Source of the DNA: Nageia nagi
Taxonomy: Eukaryota; Plantae; Pinophyta
Length of the DNA stretch: 64,000 nt
Assembly: GCA_050084985.1 (NCBI GenBank)
Contig: JBITNC010000002.1
Coordinates: 22,630,001 to 22,694,000 of the forward strand
Reading direction: 5' to 3'
Of this stretch, positions 1 to 13,641 are shown piece by piece; position 1 is the stretch's first letter, and each line of letters opens with the position of its first letter. Position numbers and translations under genes: made by a program. The notes under the pieces were generated by a model that was given only the letters and a program-made list of their open reading frames with translations, ran no database searches and had not been told where the DNA came from.

Positions 1-1557
1 TGTGAGAAATAGACATCAAGATCCCACTCCACCACCTAGACCACTTAGAACCAACTTAGCAGTGACATCACTTGTTGTTCCACCACATGGATCGTCAGCC
101 TCCAGTCCCTCTTACAGGCCGAATGAAAACCAGGAGGAAGGGGAGATTGGAGTGTCAGAAGATGAGCAAGAGCATAATACAGCCCAAAATGAGGAGATTC
201 CAGACGCACAAGAACAGGATGAATCCGTAGAGATATTGGCACAAGTTCATAAGATAGCAGCGTCGGAGCCATCTGCAGGAAAAGGTAGGGAGCTGGTATC
301 CGAGACGGTGCATAAGAGGATTAGACTCAAGAGAACTCCACAATCATGAGCTACAATCACCTCAAGGGAAAATGATGAGACTGATCAAGGAGAGGAGAGA
401 CCCTCAAAGAGAATGAAGAAGGATGTTGCTACTATTCAGGAGGCCGTTGTGGAAACTTATCAACCATCACCCACGGATGAGTGGGGTGTTAACATGGAGG
501 AGTGTCTTGATGTGTTCAATTTGGACGTCGGGGAGGAATTTGGAGCAAGGGAAAAGAATGACCAAGTAGGAGAAAGATTCACCCGTCCAGGAAAATCCTA
601 GACGTATGTACACCTGGCCAATAATGCCATACACATCAAGACCATTATAGTTGATAAGGAGAATTTGCAACGCTTAGAAGATCTTAGACAAATTAACCAG
701 ATCATTAACATGGGGCCGATTGGTTTGGCTGGTCGAAAGTATGCAATCATCTCCAATGCTGAGGCCATCACCAAAGATGGTATGATGAAAGAAAAGGAGA
801 TTAAGAGCCTCAGGAAGGAGTTAGCTGCACAGAAGAAGCTAACAAGAGAGTTGGAAATGGCTAAGGTACCCACAGAAGAGTTCCAGAAGATCAAGCCACT
901 CAAGGAGGGTATGATTGCAGTGAAACAAAAGCATATAGATGAGGTCTTGGTAGCAATTCAACAGTTCATTGGAACACTAGAAAGGGTAGCACTAGAAGAG
1001 CAAAGCTCAAGGATATCATTGTGGAGAGAACCGGCTTCCTCAGGATCTTAAATTCTAGACAGCCCATGATCATGCAGTTTGAGACAACACGGAATCGGGA
1101 ACTAGAGGATGTGAAATTCTGTGAAGAATATTGGTTTTATCTAGGCTTGGTTAATCAAATAACCACTCGGTTCCAAGAGGTGCAGAAGGATGTTTGAAAG
1201 CTCAATGACAAGGCAAAGACTTGTCTTGAGCAAATGGAGTTCCAAGTGAAGTTCCTTAATGATGATGCAGGTATCTGAGACAAAGACCTGGTGGTGGCAA
1301 AAGTGAGGCACTTCCTCCACAGTCTGATTATGATTGAAGATATTAATACCTTTCAGACTAGTAGTCACTTGGAGCATTTGCTCAAAGCTCATGCATGGGA
1401 GAGAGATATGATGAGGATCGTGGATAAGGTGGATCACTACATGGTCACGAACTAGCCAAAGCTATCGTAGATGCTACATGGATTGGAGCTCACAGCCAAG
1501 TTCTTGGACAATGACTTTGAAGGGCGTGTAGAGGCGTTGGGCCCACCAACTTCCTAG
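1..1557 (+). pseudogene. Degenerate additional ORF at the 3' end of a Gypsy-type LTR retrotransposon (acidic/Pro-rich region followed by a coiled-coil-like region)
   Basis: ORFs 2..349, 413..601 and 665..1051 share one frame, separated by single stops. Coding-like sequence continues to about 1557, just upstream of the PPT and LTR. No gag/pol motifs. Confidence 0.55.
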
Positions 1558-1684
1558 TCACAATTTTTGCTATCTTTTGTTTAATAGATTTCATAATTAT
1601 TTTTAAACATTTTCATTTATTTGTTAATAAATTCCCAAGTTTGTGATGGAAGAGGATTTTCTCCCACAAACTTGGAAGACATCT

Positions 1685-2677
1685 TGTAACACCATGTGGC
1701 ATATTTTTATTGGACCATGTTTTATTTTCTCATAAATTGCAAATTAGCGTTAGGGCAACACTTAGGGTTCTTCCAAAACTATATATAGCCCATTTGGGCT
1801 CATTTGAAAGGGGATTAGACATTTGTGCAAATTGGGACACTTATACAAAATTTTCAAACTTGCAAGTTTCCCTTTTTGCAAATTGTGATATAAATTTCAA
1901 GTAATTGAAGTGAGCATGTTCTTATTTGAGACTATGGATGTCATTCTATGGTATTTCTCCATGCTATCTTAAGTGTTTGGATCATTTTGTAAATCTTCTA
2001 AAAGGTGGACAAAAGAGTGCTTGCAGATCTTTTGAAACATTTTAAGTGGTGTGTGTGGTTGTAACATTCTATAGTCTGCACATTGGATTAGTGTCTTCCG
2101 AGAGAACTCGCATATGTCGTTTAACCTAGGAACTTCATTCCATGTTTGAGTCTTACCCCATCCTATCTTACCTTTCCACCGCTTTAGCTTCAAGCTCCCC
2201 TTGTTGAGGTATTCGTGTTGTTGCCTCACAAGTCAGATCGGGAATGCGTGGAACCTAGATCAAACCCGTGCGAGTCCAGTCTCTGAAATTCACACTAGTT
2301 GGTAAGAACATTGCCCTAGAGCCCGATTCACATATCACCATCTCTTCACAAACCTTTTCTTTATTTTTCTATTTTTTGCATGGCTTTCGCAACAGACCTT
2401 TTATTTTTATTTTCTTCTGAGAAACAATCTTACTTGGATTAAGGACTCTTCCAGTCCTTGATTAACAAAATTCTATTTTGAGTTGGTAATAGCTTAAAAC
2501 ATCTCTACCAAACCACCTGAGTGAGTCCATGCACCCTTCACTTTCTAACCTTTGAGGTAAACAGTCCTCATAGCGGGTAGGGACAATGTCCTACCACTCA
2601 GGTGTTGGAGTCTTTCCACTAAGTCTTGCGATACCACTTGCTTACTTGCAGGGGTAGGAAAGAAAAAGCCCCCAACA
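1685..2677 (+). mobile_element. 3' LTR of a Gypsy-type element inserted into the Copia
   Basis: Starts TGTAACACC after a purine tract/hairpin, has a TATA-like CTATATATAG near 1779, and ends CCCAACA. Copia pol sequence resumes immediately at 2678. The TSD cannot be checked because the 5' end lies outside the window. Confidence 0.65.
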
Positions 2678-4592
2678 GATGGCATTTGAGCTAATAGACA
2701 ATTCAACTTTTGTAGTATGAAGAAAATGGCCAGCAAGCTCTTGGTGCAAGGGCTACCATAAATTGAATAGAAGCATAAGGTTTGCAAAAGTTGTGCTTTG
2801 GACAAGCATGCTAGAGACAAGCTCCCTAAAGAGGCTTGACAAGCCTCTAAAGTTCTTGAACTCATGCATGCTGGTTTATGTGGTTCCATAAACATACCAA
2901 GCATTGGTGAGTCTCCTTATTTCATAAGATTCATTGATGATTTCCCTAAAAGATGTTGGACATTTTCTAAAGGCAAAGGAAGAAGTATTTGGCATCTCCA
3001 AAAGATGGGGACCCATAGTGGAAAAAGAGAGTCAAGGTACATTGAAGACTCTCAAGAATGACCACGATGGGGTGTTTTGCTCCAAAGAGTTCAAGAAACT
3101 TTGTGAAGATAGTGGCATTAAAAGGAAGCTAATAGCATACTACACACACCAACAAAATAGGATTGTAGATAGGATGTACTGCACTCTCATAAACATAGCT
3201 AAGAGAATGGTTCATAATAAACATTTGTTCTATGAATCCTAGGCTTAGGCAATGGATGTTCCTACTCACATTCAAAATGTGAGTCCAACAAGTGCATATG
3301 GTGTCAAGGTTCCTAAAAAGTTGTAATATGGGAGAATATCCAAGGTTGGGCACTTGTGGGTTTTAGGGTGCCTTGCATACATATATGTTGAGGACTATAA
3401 AAGGAAGACCACCAGAGAAAATAGTAATCTACATGTCTTAATTACATATTCTAAGGTGAGTAGAGCAGATTCATTAACACAAAAATCATTGAATCAAGAG
3501 ATGTGATTTTTGATGTAGGAATATATAAATTGGCCAGGTTGTAGGAAATTAAGAATTGTATGAGTGATGGCAACTCAAGGAAAGCTTTGGATCAAGCAAC
3601 TACAACTCCAGCTCCATCCTATCCAAGAGTTCATCTTGTGGCACTTCTCCATCGAATGGATGTGATGATGACACCACTGATGATGCTCCTATTAACAAGT
3701 TGGAAGCTGCAACCAAAGGTAAGAAAGTGTTAAAAATCATCCCCTTGCTCTAATCCTAGAATCCAATTTCGATAAAAGACTCACAAGAAGTCAAGCAAAA
3801 TAATTGGATGATGTCTTGAACAGAATTGAAATAATGAACTTGAATGGGGGTGATGCGAACAAGGTGGAAAGTGATGCTGCCCATTTTACAATGGTTTTCA
3901 TGGAGCATTCTACTTTTGATGAAGCAATAAAAAAGAAATTTGGGGAAATTCCGTGAAAGAGGAGATCACCTCTATTGAGAAGAACCAAACATGGGAACTT
4001 CGCAAATTGCCTAAGGGCAAGAAAGTGGTTGATACTAAATAGGTGTACATAAAAACAATTAAAGTATGGACAGTAGGGGTTTTTGCAAAAAGATATGAAA
4101 TTTATTGTAAGAACTATGCACCAATGGTAATGTTGGAGATCATTCACATGATTCTAGCTATTCAACAAATAGAGGGTGAAAAATTCAACAAACAGATGTA
4201 AAATCTGCCCTCTTGGATTGGGACATAAAAAAGTCTTTGTGGAGTAGTGCAAGGGATTTATGGTGAAAGGGAAGGAGAATCTAGTTTCTTTATTGAACAA
4301 GGCCTTGTATGGCCTCAATCAAGATCCAAGAGCTTGATATGAGCAAATTGATAGTTGGTTTGTGAGGCAAGACTTTAATAGGTGTAAGAGTGAGCCAACA
4401 CTCTACATTAAAAGAAAGGTCCAATGTATCTTATTTGTATGCTTGTACATAGATGACTTGATGTACATCCATTCTTCCTTCTCAATGAAATCCAACTTCA
4501 AGGCGCCTATATTGAAGGAATTTGAAATGAAAGACCTTCAACTTGTGAAGTATTTCTTGGGCATGGAACGACACCAAGATGGTAGTGAAATC

Positions 4593-5790
4593 TATAATGT
4601 CCCAAAATATTTCCATCCTTGTAAACATTTCAAATATATGTTTTGTTGTGTTTTTGGGCCGCTAATGGGTGGGTTAGTGTGTTTTGAGAAGTTTTATTGT
4701 TAGTATAAGTGTTTAGGGAGTTGATTATGTATTTAGAATAGTTTTGGAACAAGAAAAACGGTATTAAATAATGTCATTGACTTGGTACACGTTTTTAGCT
4801 TGATGCTTGGGATGATAAGGCAGTAGTAAATGTCTCTAGTATTTGTAACTGCCATTTTGGCAAAAGTAATTGTTATGAGGTCAAAGTATAAGGTACTATT
4901 TAATGCTTTTGTAATTGCCATAGGAGAGGATTTGTAACTGTTATGAGGTAGACTTTTGTAACTGGCAAGAGGCTTAAATTAAGATTTCCAAGACTATTTA
5001 CGAGGAAGAGTTGGTCATTTGAAAGGGTTGAATTTGGAGAATTTGGAATTTGGAAGAGCTTTGCTTTTTTGGACTCTTGCATTATGCTGGAGTTTCTTAG
5101 GGTTCCCATTGGAGATCAATTCAATGGAGGCTTGAAGAATCAAATCCTAGAGCTATCTACCCAATTGGATCTGACCAATCCACATCAAGGTTGGCGATTT
5201 GGTCTTCATTTGAGGAGCATCATTGAAGCTGAAGTGTAGATTTGCCTATTGGAGGGCAAGTTACAAGTTTATGAGTAGAGATCCATCCTTTGGAGGCGAT
5301 TGGAGTAAGATATCAGCCTTGAGAGGACTGTATTGTAGGTTATAAGGGCCACAACTATCAAGGGAGCCATGTTCATGCTTAGCTTTGGTGAAGACAATCC
5401 AGTATTGGCACAATTTTGAGCATATCAGCCTTTGTTCAGCCGGATAGAGGCCTGAGGGTGTAATTTGCTGAGATAATCGACTGAGGACAACTTTGAAAAA
5501 TCTGTCCAGCAGTCATCTAGCTTGGAGACAATAATACAGTTGTTTGTCTAGTTCTTGTGGGGTTTGTTTTGAGTTTTGAAGGTGTTACAACTGTTTGAAC
5601 AGCTCATCGAGGTGTGTTTAGTGATTTGTAGTTGTCTTGCTTACATACAATTGTAATGCATTGTCTTTGTTACCTATAATCTATTGTAGTTGCAAGCTTT
5701 CTTTATTGAAAAGACAAAAATATAAAGAAATCAGATTTTGCCCTATGGAATTAGTATTGTTTTGTGCGCATTTGTATTTGCTGTGTTTCA
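4593..5790 (+). mobile_element. Solo LTR (Gypsy type; related to the 10827-15660 LTRs)
   Basis: TA(=TG)...CA ends and a perfect 5-bp TSD AAATC (4588-4592, 5791-5795). It interrupts the Copia RT. Its start resembles the reverse complement of 11990-12005 (TGTAATGTCCCAAAA). Confidence 0.85.
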
Positions 5791-6533
5791 AAATCTTAAC
5801 TAGTAATCAAAATTTACCAAGGATATGTTTAAGAAGCTTCACATGAAAAATTACAAGGGTGTGCCAACATGCATGACACATGGAGTTGTTCTCTCCAAGG
5901 ATGATGACACTCATCATGTTAATGCCACATCTTTTAGGAGCATACTTGGGAGCTTTGTGTTCTTGACAAATACTAGATCAAATATTTTCTTATGTTATGG
6001 CCTTGTTGAGTATGTTTATGGCTAATCCTTCAAATATCCATTATCGAGTAGAAAAGAGGATCTCAAGGTATGTTGGAGTTACTTTGGAGATGGTGATCAA
6101 GTACTCACATGTCTATGATTTTATGCTGGTTGGATAGACTAATTTGAATTGGGTGGCAATTTGGTGACTACAAGTCTACATATAGCAACTACTTTTTTTT
6201 GGCATGGGGCCCATCACTTAGAGCTCTTAAAAACAACTATTGTAGCTCTTATCATTCATAAAAATGGAGTATGTTATTGCTAGGGGGTGGTAACATAAGA
6301 TTTATGGTTGAGAAAGATGCTATTTGACATGGAAGAGGAGCAATTGGATGCTATTACATTCCATGTTGACAATCACAGTGCAATTTAGATTGAGCATAAT
6401 CCAATTCATCATGGGGATGTCAATTTGGCACATAGAGCTTTGGTTCCACTTCGTTAGGGATTTGGGTCAAAGTGGAGATGTCAATTTAGAGTTTTAATCT
6501 ACCTTTGATCAACTTGAGGATATGCTCACAAAG

Positions 6534-9500
6534 TGAAATGTAAATCTCAACAAGCTAAGTTATTCAGGAGATCATCAAAGACAAATATAACTTAACTTAA
6601 TTCTTAAACATCAATTTTTACCGCTCAAAAAGGACCACTAGCGGTCTATTTTTTGCAAAATTAAGTACTCAAATTTGGTTTGCGAATTCTGACCACTGAA
6701 ACAAAATTGTTACTAGCATAAAATTAACAAAAAATTGTGCACACACATGAACACGGATGCTTATAGTGGTTCTCTTCAACGTGAGAGTACATCCAATCTA
6801 AAAGAGCTTTGATTTATGGATTTGGCCAAAAGAAACACTACAATTATAGTCAATGGCTCAAGAAGATTTTGGTCTAGTTCTTCAATGGCTTCTCCTCAAT
6901 TCTTCCTTTAAGATCTCAAGAAGTTCTACCGTATCCAAATCTCCCAATTTCCATTTTGTTTTCTTCAATGATCAAGGATGAAGTCCCTAGGAAGTTTTGT
7001 TAAAGGAAATCTGATGCCTATTGATTTGCACCTGATTGTTCAGCATCCCAGGTAACTCCAAAATGCTCTGAACTGCTTCATCTTCCATTTTCTCGTGTCA
7101 AAAATGGACTATTAGCAATCTATTTGTAATAAAAATAGGCCGCTAGCAGTTCTCTTCTTGCTGAATTATGACACCTAATTTGGATGCCAACCTTGCTTTT
7201 GTGCATACATTAGAAAAATTAATATATTAATTTGATTTTTGGATCACACCTTCCCAATGCAAAGGCATTTGGTCTCCAAATTCTTAGAGATAATAAGGAT
7301 AAGGAACAATAGTTACCCGTGAAGATCCATACCATATTTCTCCCCATAGATGATAAGCTACAATAGTCCATGGACTCCATGACATAGCCCCTCCAACAGG
7401 AATGACTGATAATTGAGATCCTACAATAGGTTCAAATGATGAGTGAGATCCCATGGAACCTTACACTCCCCATCTAGTTCCCTTCTTCTTGTGATGTCTT
7501 AGTTTCTTCAGTGTTGACATTGTTGCTGTAGTTTGATTACATTGGTCTCTTCCTTGATGTTTTATTGCCACAAGTGTGAGCTTTCTAGAAGCATTTATCA
7601 CGGACTTATCTCCCATTTTCACAAAAGGAGCTTTTCCTTGCTTTGATGAGACTTCACAACAAAGTGCTTACCATATTTCACAAGCTAATATTTATTTTCT
7701 CTTCTATGATAAATAGCATCTCTATCAAATAAATATGGACTTCCCAACACTATTCCGAAAACATCAAGAGGCACAACATCTAATACAACCTCATCAATGT
7801 AATCAATATTGATAACAAACTTCAACATACATTGGTGTATGACTTGCATTTTGATTTTGTTGCTCACCCACCCAAGTGGATATGGTTTTGGATGAGGATG
7901 AATCTCCAACCCCAAATTTTTTACCAAGTTCTCGAAAATCATATTCACTTGTGAACCAGGATCAAAAAGAGCATCAATCTTGGTCTTCTTTGGTTGAACC
8001 TTGACGTAGAAAAGATAAGCCTTCTTCTCTTCATTCTTTGAACATGAGCCTCTCATAGCAATATAATTAATCCTTTCATCAACATCTAAACAATCCTCCA
8101 CAACTTCACAATCTTCTAGGTTACTTTCACTAAACATTTGTGTTTAGTCATGCATTCTTCTTTTCATCATCCTTCTTTTTCTTATAAGGAAACAATTCTG
8201 GATGGAGTTCCCAACATTTTTCATCATCATGACCATCTTTATCAGAATGACTACAATGAAGTTTCTTACCATAACCTTTCTTCTTTGATGTGGCATTGAC
8301 TTTCCCAACTCCTTGTGGCTTGTTGTTGGAATCTTTTTCCTCCTTTTTGGAATTTCCACGAGCCTCCAAGTATTGAGCTTGAAAAATAACTAGGATTAAA
8401 AAGAAAAATAGTATGATGAAGATAACTATGCAAACCTCCAATGTACTTCAACAAAGTCTCTTGGCTTTTCAAGGAAACACCAATTAGTGCAACGCTCTTT
8501 TTGAATTCAGTTTTCTACTATTGGACATGATGGTCAAGAGGATAAAATTGATTTTGTAGAAGTTCATTGAAACTACTCCAACTTGAAACACTAAATTCAT
8601 CACCATTCTTGATAACATCACAATATGCTTCCCACCAAACCAAAGCATGTCCTTCCAATTTGAGAGTGGCTACCTGAATCTTATCATTATTATCCTCAAT
8701 CTTTTGCACTTTAAAAACTACTTCCATTTTCTTTAACCATCGATTCAACTTTTCAACATTAATTTTACCTCCAAAAGATTTAAGATCAAATTTTACCTCT
8801 AGTTTCAAAGGCAACTTTGGTGCTTGTTGTGAACTCTCTCCTCAATCTAGTTCCTTTCTCGCATTGATGGTCATTAACTTTGCAAATTCCTTGATTAAGT
8901 CTTCGAACACCACTTCTATGTCTTCAATCTTCCTCTTCAACTCATCATTCTCCATGGCCATTTCTCTTTTCTTTCTCAACCAAATTCTAGAGCCAATCTT
9001 AGTGTCTGCCTTTACCAAATTGCATTCACTCCTTGACCTAGTTATAGGCATAAAAAAACAACCACAACCTTATTTTGCAACGAATTAGTAATTGCCCCAA
9101 CAAAATCATAACTACTCTGATACCACAAATACAAATATAACTGAATTTAATTCTTAAATTTCATCAATTTTTACTATCAAAAAATGACAGTTGGCAGCCT
9201 AAAATGCCCAGAAAAGGATTGCTAGCAGTTTATTTTCTACAAAATTAAGTGCTCAAATTTGGTTTGCAAATTTTGACTACTGAAACAAAATTGTTACTAG
9301 CATAAAATTAACAAAAAATTGCACACACGCATGAACACAAATGTTTATACTGGTTCCCCTCAATGTAAGAGTACATCCAATCTAAAAGAGCATTGATTTA
9401 TGGATTTGACCAAAAGAAACATTACAATTACAATCAATATAAGGGAACATTGTCTCCCACAATCACAAAGTCTCCTTATTGAACGCTGGAACAAATCTTA

Positions 9501-9972
9501 AATACCTCCACTCTACTCTTAAAGATGCTTCTCAAGTTCAAACTTGACTCAAGAAGTTTTGATTTGGCTTCTCAAACCTCCCTCTAAGTGGTTCAAGAAG
9601 ATTCTAGTTTGGTTCTTCAATGGCTTCTCCTGAATCCTCCCTCTAAGAGCTCAAGAAGTTCTACCATCTCCAAATTTCCCAATTTCCATTCTATTTGCTT
9701 CAATGATTAAGAATGAAGTCCCTAGGAAGTTTGCTGAAGGAAATCCGATGCCTCTTGATTTGTACCTAACTCTTCAACTTCCCAAGTAACTCCAAAATGC
9801 TCTGAACCACTTCATCTTCCATTTTCCTGCATTAGGAATGGACCATTGGCAGTCTTTTTGTGATAAAAATGGGTGGTTGGCAGTTCTCTTCTTGCTGAAT
9901 TATGACACTATGCCAGCCTTGTATTTGTGCATACATTAGGGAAATTAATATATTAATCCGATTTTTGGATCA
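6534..9972 (-). mobile_element. Non-autonomous gag-protease-only LTR element (TR-GAG-like)
   Basis: LTRs at 6534-7246 and about 9127-9972; TSD CAAAG (6529-6533, 9973-9977); tRNA-Met PBS TGGTATCAGAG at 9115-9125; PPT at about 7247-7260. The internal region has only gag and protease remnants. Confidence 0.85.
7685..9051 (-). pseudogene. Fragmented gag (retrotrans_gag, zinc knuckle) and aspartic protease
   Basis: ATLKLEGHALVWWE; CSHSDKDGHDDEKCW (degenerate CCHC); ALFDPGSQVN and DVVPLDVFGIVLGSPYL protease motifs. Stops and frameshifts present. Confidence 0.85.
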
Positions 9973-12033
9973 CAAAGGGCATCTAGATGAAACAATTCCT
10001 AATACTATCTGAGAGTAATATTGTTATGAACCTAGGAAATCTTAAACGAAATAGCAACATAAAAAACTATAAAACTTTGCTTAAACAAAAACTAACAACA
10101 TAGCTTGGAGTTAAACAGAGCATAGCATTAAGAAGATAGCTTTATTGGAAATAAGATATCTTTACTAAGATAGCAACAAGAATCATAGACTACTTCGAGG
10201 GGAATTCCTCCTTACAACTTCAAAGGAAAATATTTTCTCACCGATAGCATCTCCTCCCCTCCTACACATATTTATAACAACATTACCCTAACTCTAGCTC
10301 AAAATAATCCAATGGCTTATAAAGATTAACAATTCAAAATATTTGAGCATTACAAAATGATGGTTCACCTTACATAACAAATATGGTGGTTCACATTACA
10401 AGTTAATATATCAAATACCTATACTACTAATAATAATTAAATGTTAGGATGTGGGGTATTAACATGCTACCCCTCCTAGAAAAAGTTTTGTCCTCAAAGC
10501 TGAAACTAGGGAAACTATTGTTGGAGTTAATGAAGTACTTCCCAAGTAGCATCTTTAGGTAGCAATCCTTGCCACTGAATAAAAACTTCTGTAGTGGTGT
10601 GGTTACAAAGCAAATAGGTGCATCGTTTTAGGACTGCTTCATGTTCTACCACTATGGATCCATCTTTGTGAATTCTGGTAAATGTGTTTGCACCTTCACC
10701 TATGAACCAATGGTCTTCTTGAGGCATGACGCATGAAACATAGGGGGGATTTTGATGACTTCGGTAACTCCAACTTGTACGCTATTGGTCTAATGCTTTG
10801 AAAAATATTATAAGGGCCATAAAATTTTAAATATCTCATATTGAATATTCACAAACCCTAGGTGGAATAATTAGTAATAAATCAAAACCCTTGGAATACA
10901 AAACACACTTCATTATTGCAATAATTTGGAATCCTTGCAACAAAATTAGGCACACCCTTACAAATAAAATCAAAATTTACTATTGAAATCAGATTTGCAA
11001 TTTACTCCAGAAAATAACACTAAACCCTCAAATAGCTAGATTTGGCCACACAATTTTATTGAAAATATTCTACGAATGGCAAATGATAGATAAGTCCAAA
11101 TACAACTCAAATTTACCACCAAGTTGCATGAAATAGAAACCTAGACTGGACATTCTCCTCTAGGAGGCAAATAAACTTTGGAATCACACAAAAAAAACCC
11201 TATTATGCTCAATACAATCTGACACATCAAGCAATCTCCACATAGCTGGCTGAAATCACATGAAAATGACACAAGGGTTCCAAACCCTCAAACTAAAATC
11301 TGAAAAGCTCCAATTGAAATGCTTCAATAAGCTCCAATGCAAACCCTAGTGGATCTGACTCTTCAATGGGTACATAGCTCTAGGATTTTACCCCTTCAAA
11401 CATCCAATGGATCTCTCCAAAGGAAACCCCAATAATCTCCTGCAGCAAAATGCAAGAGCCCAAAAAAGCAAAGCTCTCCCAATTTCCAAATTCTCAAAAA
11501 TTGTCTTCAAATGAAACCCTACCATCTTTTGTATGAAAACTTAATGAGAGATTAAGTCCTAGTCGTTGATCTCTTTCAATGGCTAAGATTAAAACATCAT
11601 CTCTCATAAAGATAACCCTAAAGATGAATTAGATCTCATCCCTTGATTAAATGATCAGATGTAATGGCTAGGATTTAACCACAACTAAGAACACCTACTC
11701 TCACATCACTAAGACCCTTACTAACCCCTATCACACCAAATTTAGCCAAAAACAAATAAAATTTTCAAAAATGTCACTTTGCCACATGCATATAATAAAG
11801 CTTTATTTTTGCCACAAAAACCCTTCTAACACCTTAACTCTACTAACTTATATACCAATATTTAAACTTGTCAAAACATACTTATTTACTCATATAACTC
11901 CTATTTTAACAAAAACATATGACAAAACACCCTAAATGACACCCAACACATACAAAACACAAAAAGTCAATATTTACAATGCTGGACAAATTTTGGGACA
12001 TTACAAATCCGTCCCTTCCAAAATTGTTTGTCT

Positions 12034-13641
12034 TCAAGTAATTGTCAACACAACCACATCATCATCGGACTGAGCTAAACTGAAACCAACTGTAATTCTG
12101 GGGTTCCAAATTAATCTCAGAAAAAGTCCAGGTACTTGAAGCCCCAAGAGCTTGCAAGGAATAGGAGGGTCTGCTCTATCACATAGGTACTTCATAACGG
12201 TGGCTATATGACGATCAACACCATTCTGAATTGCTCCTATGGGCACTACATTTGATATACGTTGTTCTTTAATGATCTTGTCAGTTTGTTCACAAAGGAT
12301 GTCAATGCCAAGAACAGTCACACTCCTAAACGTATGATCAGAAGAGTTCATCCCAACAGAATTGAAATCAACAATGCAAGAACAGAGAAAAGGCAGCTCA
12401 ACATTGGCCCCAACCACAACTCTTTGCATGGTAGATATCTTCAAAGATTTATCACTACCACCAAAGTAATTAGACACCAATAGAGCAAGAACAGATGCTC
12501 TCTGAAAATCATCAATTCTAAGCACACCATTTTCTCCAATTCCCTGCCCGAATCTCCTCATGACTTGCTGAGTAGACAATACAATTGCATTCAGATTCTC
12601 ATCCTTTTCTCTGTCAACCAAAATAACTTCACGAGTGTCTAGGCAAAGGTTCTCCTTTTCCATGTTTCCCAATGGTTTAAATAGTCGATCACGCCCCAAA
12701 TCATAAAAGCCATTCGTTAATATGTCATTAACACCACTAATAGATTCACTGCTATACTTTTCTGCTACGCTAGAGAATTCCTCCACAGACCTTATTCACT
12801 TGTTGAGCTTTGGATTGATAATGCATATACCCTGATGCCTACCTTTTTTGGGCAAAGCACCATTTTTGGCATTTGATAAACTGTTTACGTTGGCATTTTC
12901 CTTGAGAGGATGACTTGGTGTTTTATTCTTTTTCATTTTACACCAACTATTGTTACTTACACTTCTGGAATCAGTAACAACATAATCATCACAACATAAA
13001 ACTTTACTATCACCACTGTTTTCTAGAGACGATTTCCCTTTTTCTGTTATTCGCAATGATGTTACAAAATGCATTTCACTGGAATCATTGCTCTCAGTAT
13101 CTTCTGAATTTTTGCCTGTTCTTGATACGTCATGTACTAGAGATGTCAATTCTGACTCACTGCAAGGATACTTGATTGATACCTCAGCAATCTCTGGTAT
13201 TTTATATAGTGCACCATTTGACAATGGTATTGACACTAAAATAGATTCCATAATAGTCCCTACACATTCCTTTTCTTTATTATCTTCAATGCGTAACTTC
13301 CTGTTGCTATTTAGCTGTTCTTGACAAGCTTTCTCTTGTCTATTTTCACGACATTTCCATACCTTCCTACATCTGTTTGGTAAAGAACATCTGGTGCTTG
13401 ACATATTTTCATACAAAGGCCTTGAAAAGAATGTTTCAGATTTACCTTCAGATACATGATTCATTTTTTCCTTACATAAATTGGAATCAGATACCATTTC
13501 CTCGGAAATTAGAGCATCTTCTTCTGTTGTTGCATTAGTGATTTTAAGTGCAGATCTAAGCTTTCCAAGCATAGATCTAGCTGGTTCCGATCTAGACCTT
13601 GTTGTAGATGGCCTTCAATCTCCTCTTTTCATCACCTTCAT
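12034..13641 (-). pseudogene. Captured LRR-EDR1-kinase (At1g04210-type Raf-like kinase) middle region with EDR1 domain; one reading frame, two in-frame TGA stops
   Basis: Motifs GFYDLGRDR, REVILVDREKDENL, RASVLALLVSNYFGGSD, VVPIGAIQNGVDRHIATVMKYLCDRADPPIPCKL and WKCRENRQEKACQEQLNS match this family. ORFs 12796..13572 and 12034..12786 are in frame with each other and with an ATG at 13641. Confidence 0.85.

Larger units (their letters stand above)
2678..10021 (+). mobile_element. Degenerate Ty1/Copia pol (integrase-RT-RNase H) split by two insertions
   Basis: WHL..NF pre-integrase motif; HAGLCG, FIDDF, YTHQQN integrase motifs; KALYGLNQ, CLYIDDL, KYFLGME RT motifs; RNase H ends DMLTK|GI across the 6534-9972 insertion. 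Many stops and frameshifts. Confidence 0.85.

Noticed and set aside
12034-13572. Bona fide host kinase gene
   Set aside because: Enclosed by LTRs, PBS, PPT and TSD; no LRR or kinase domain; in-frame stops.
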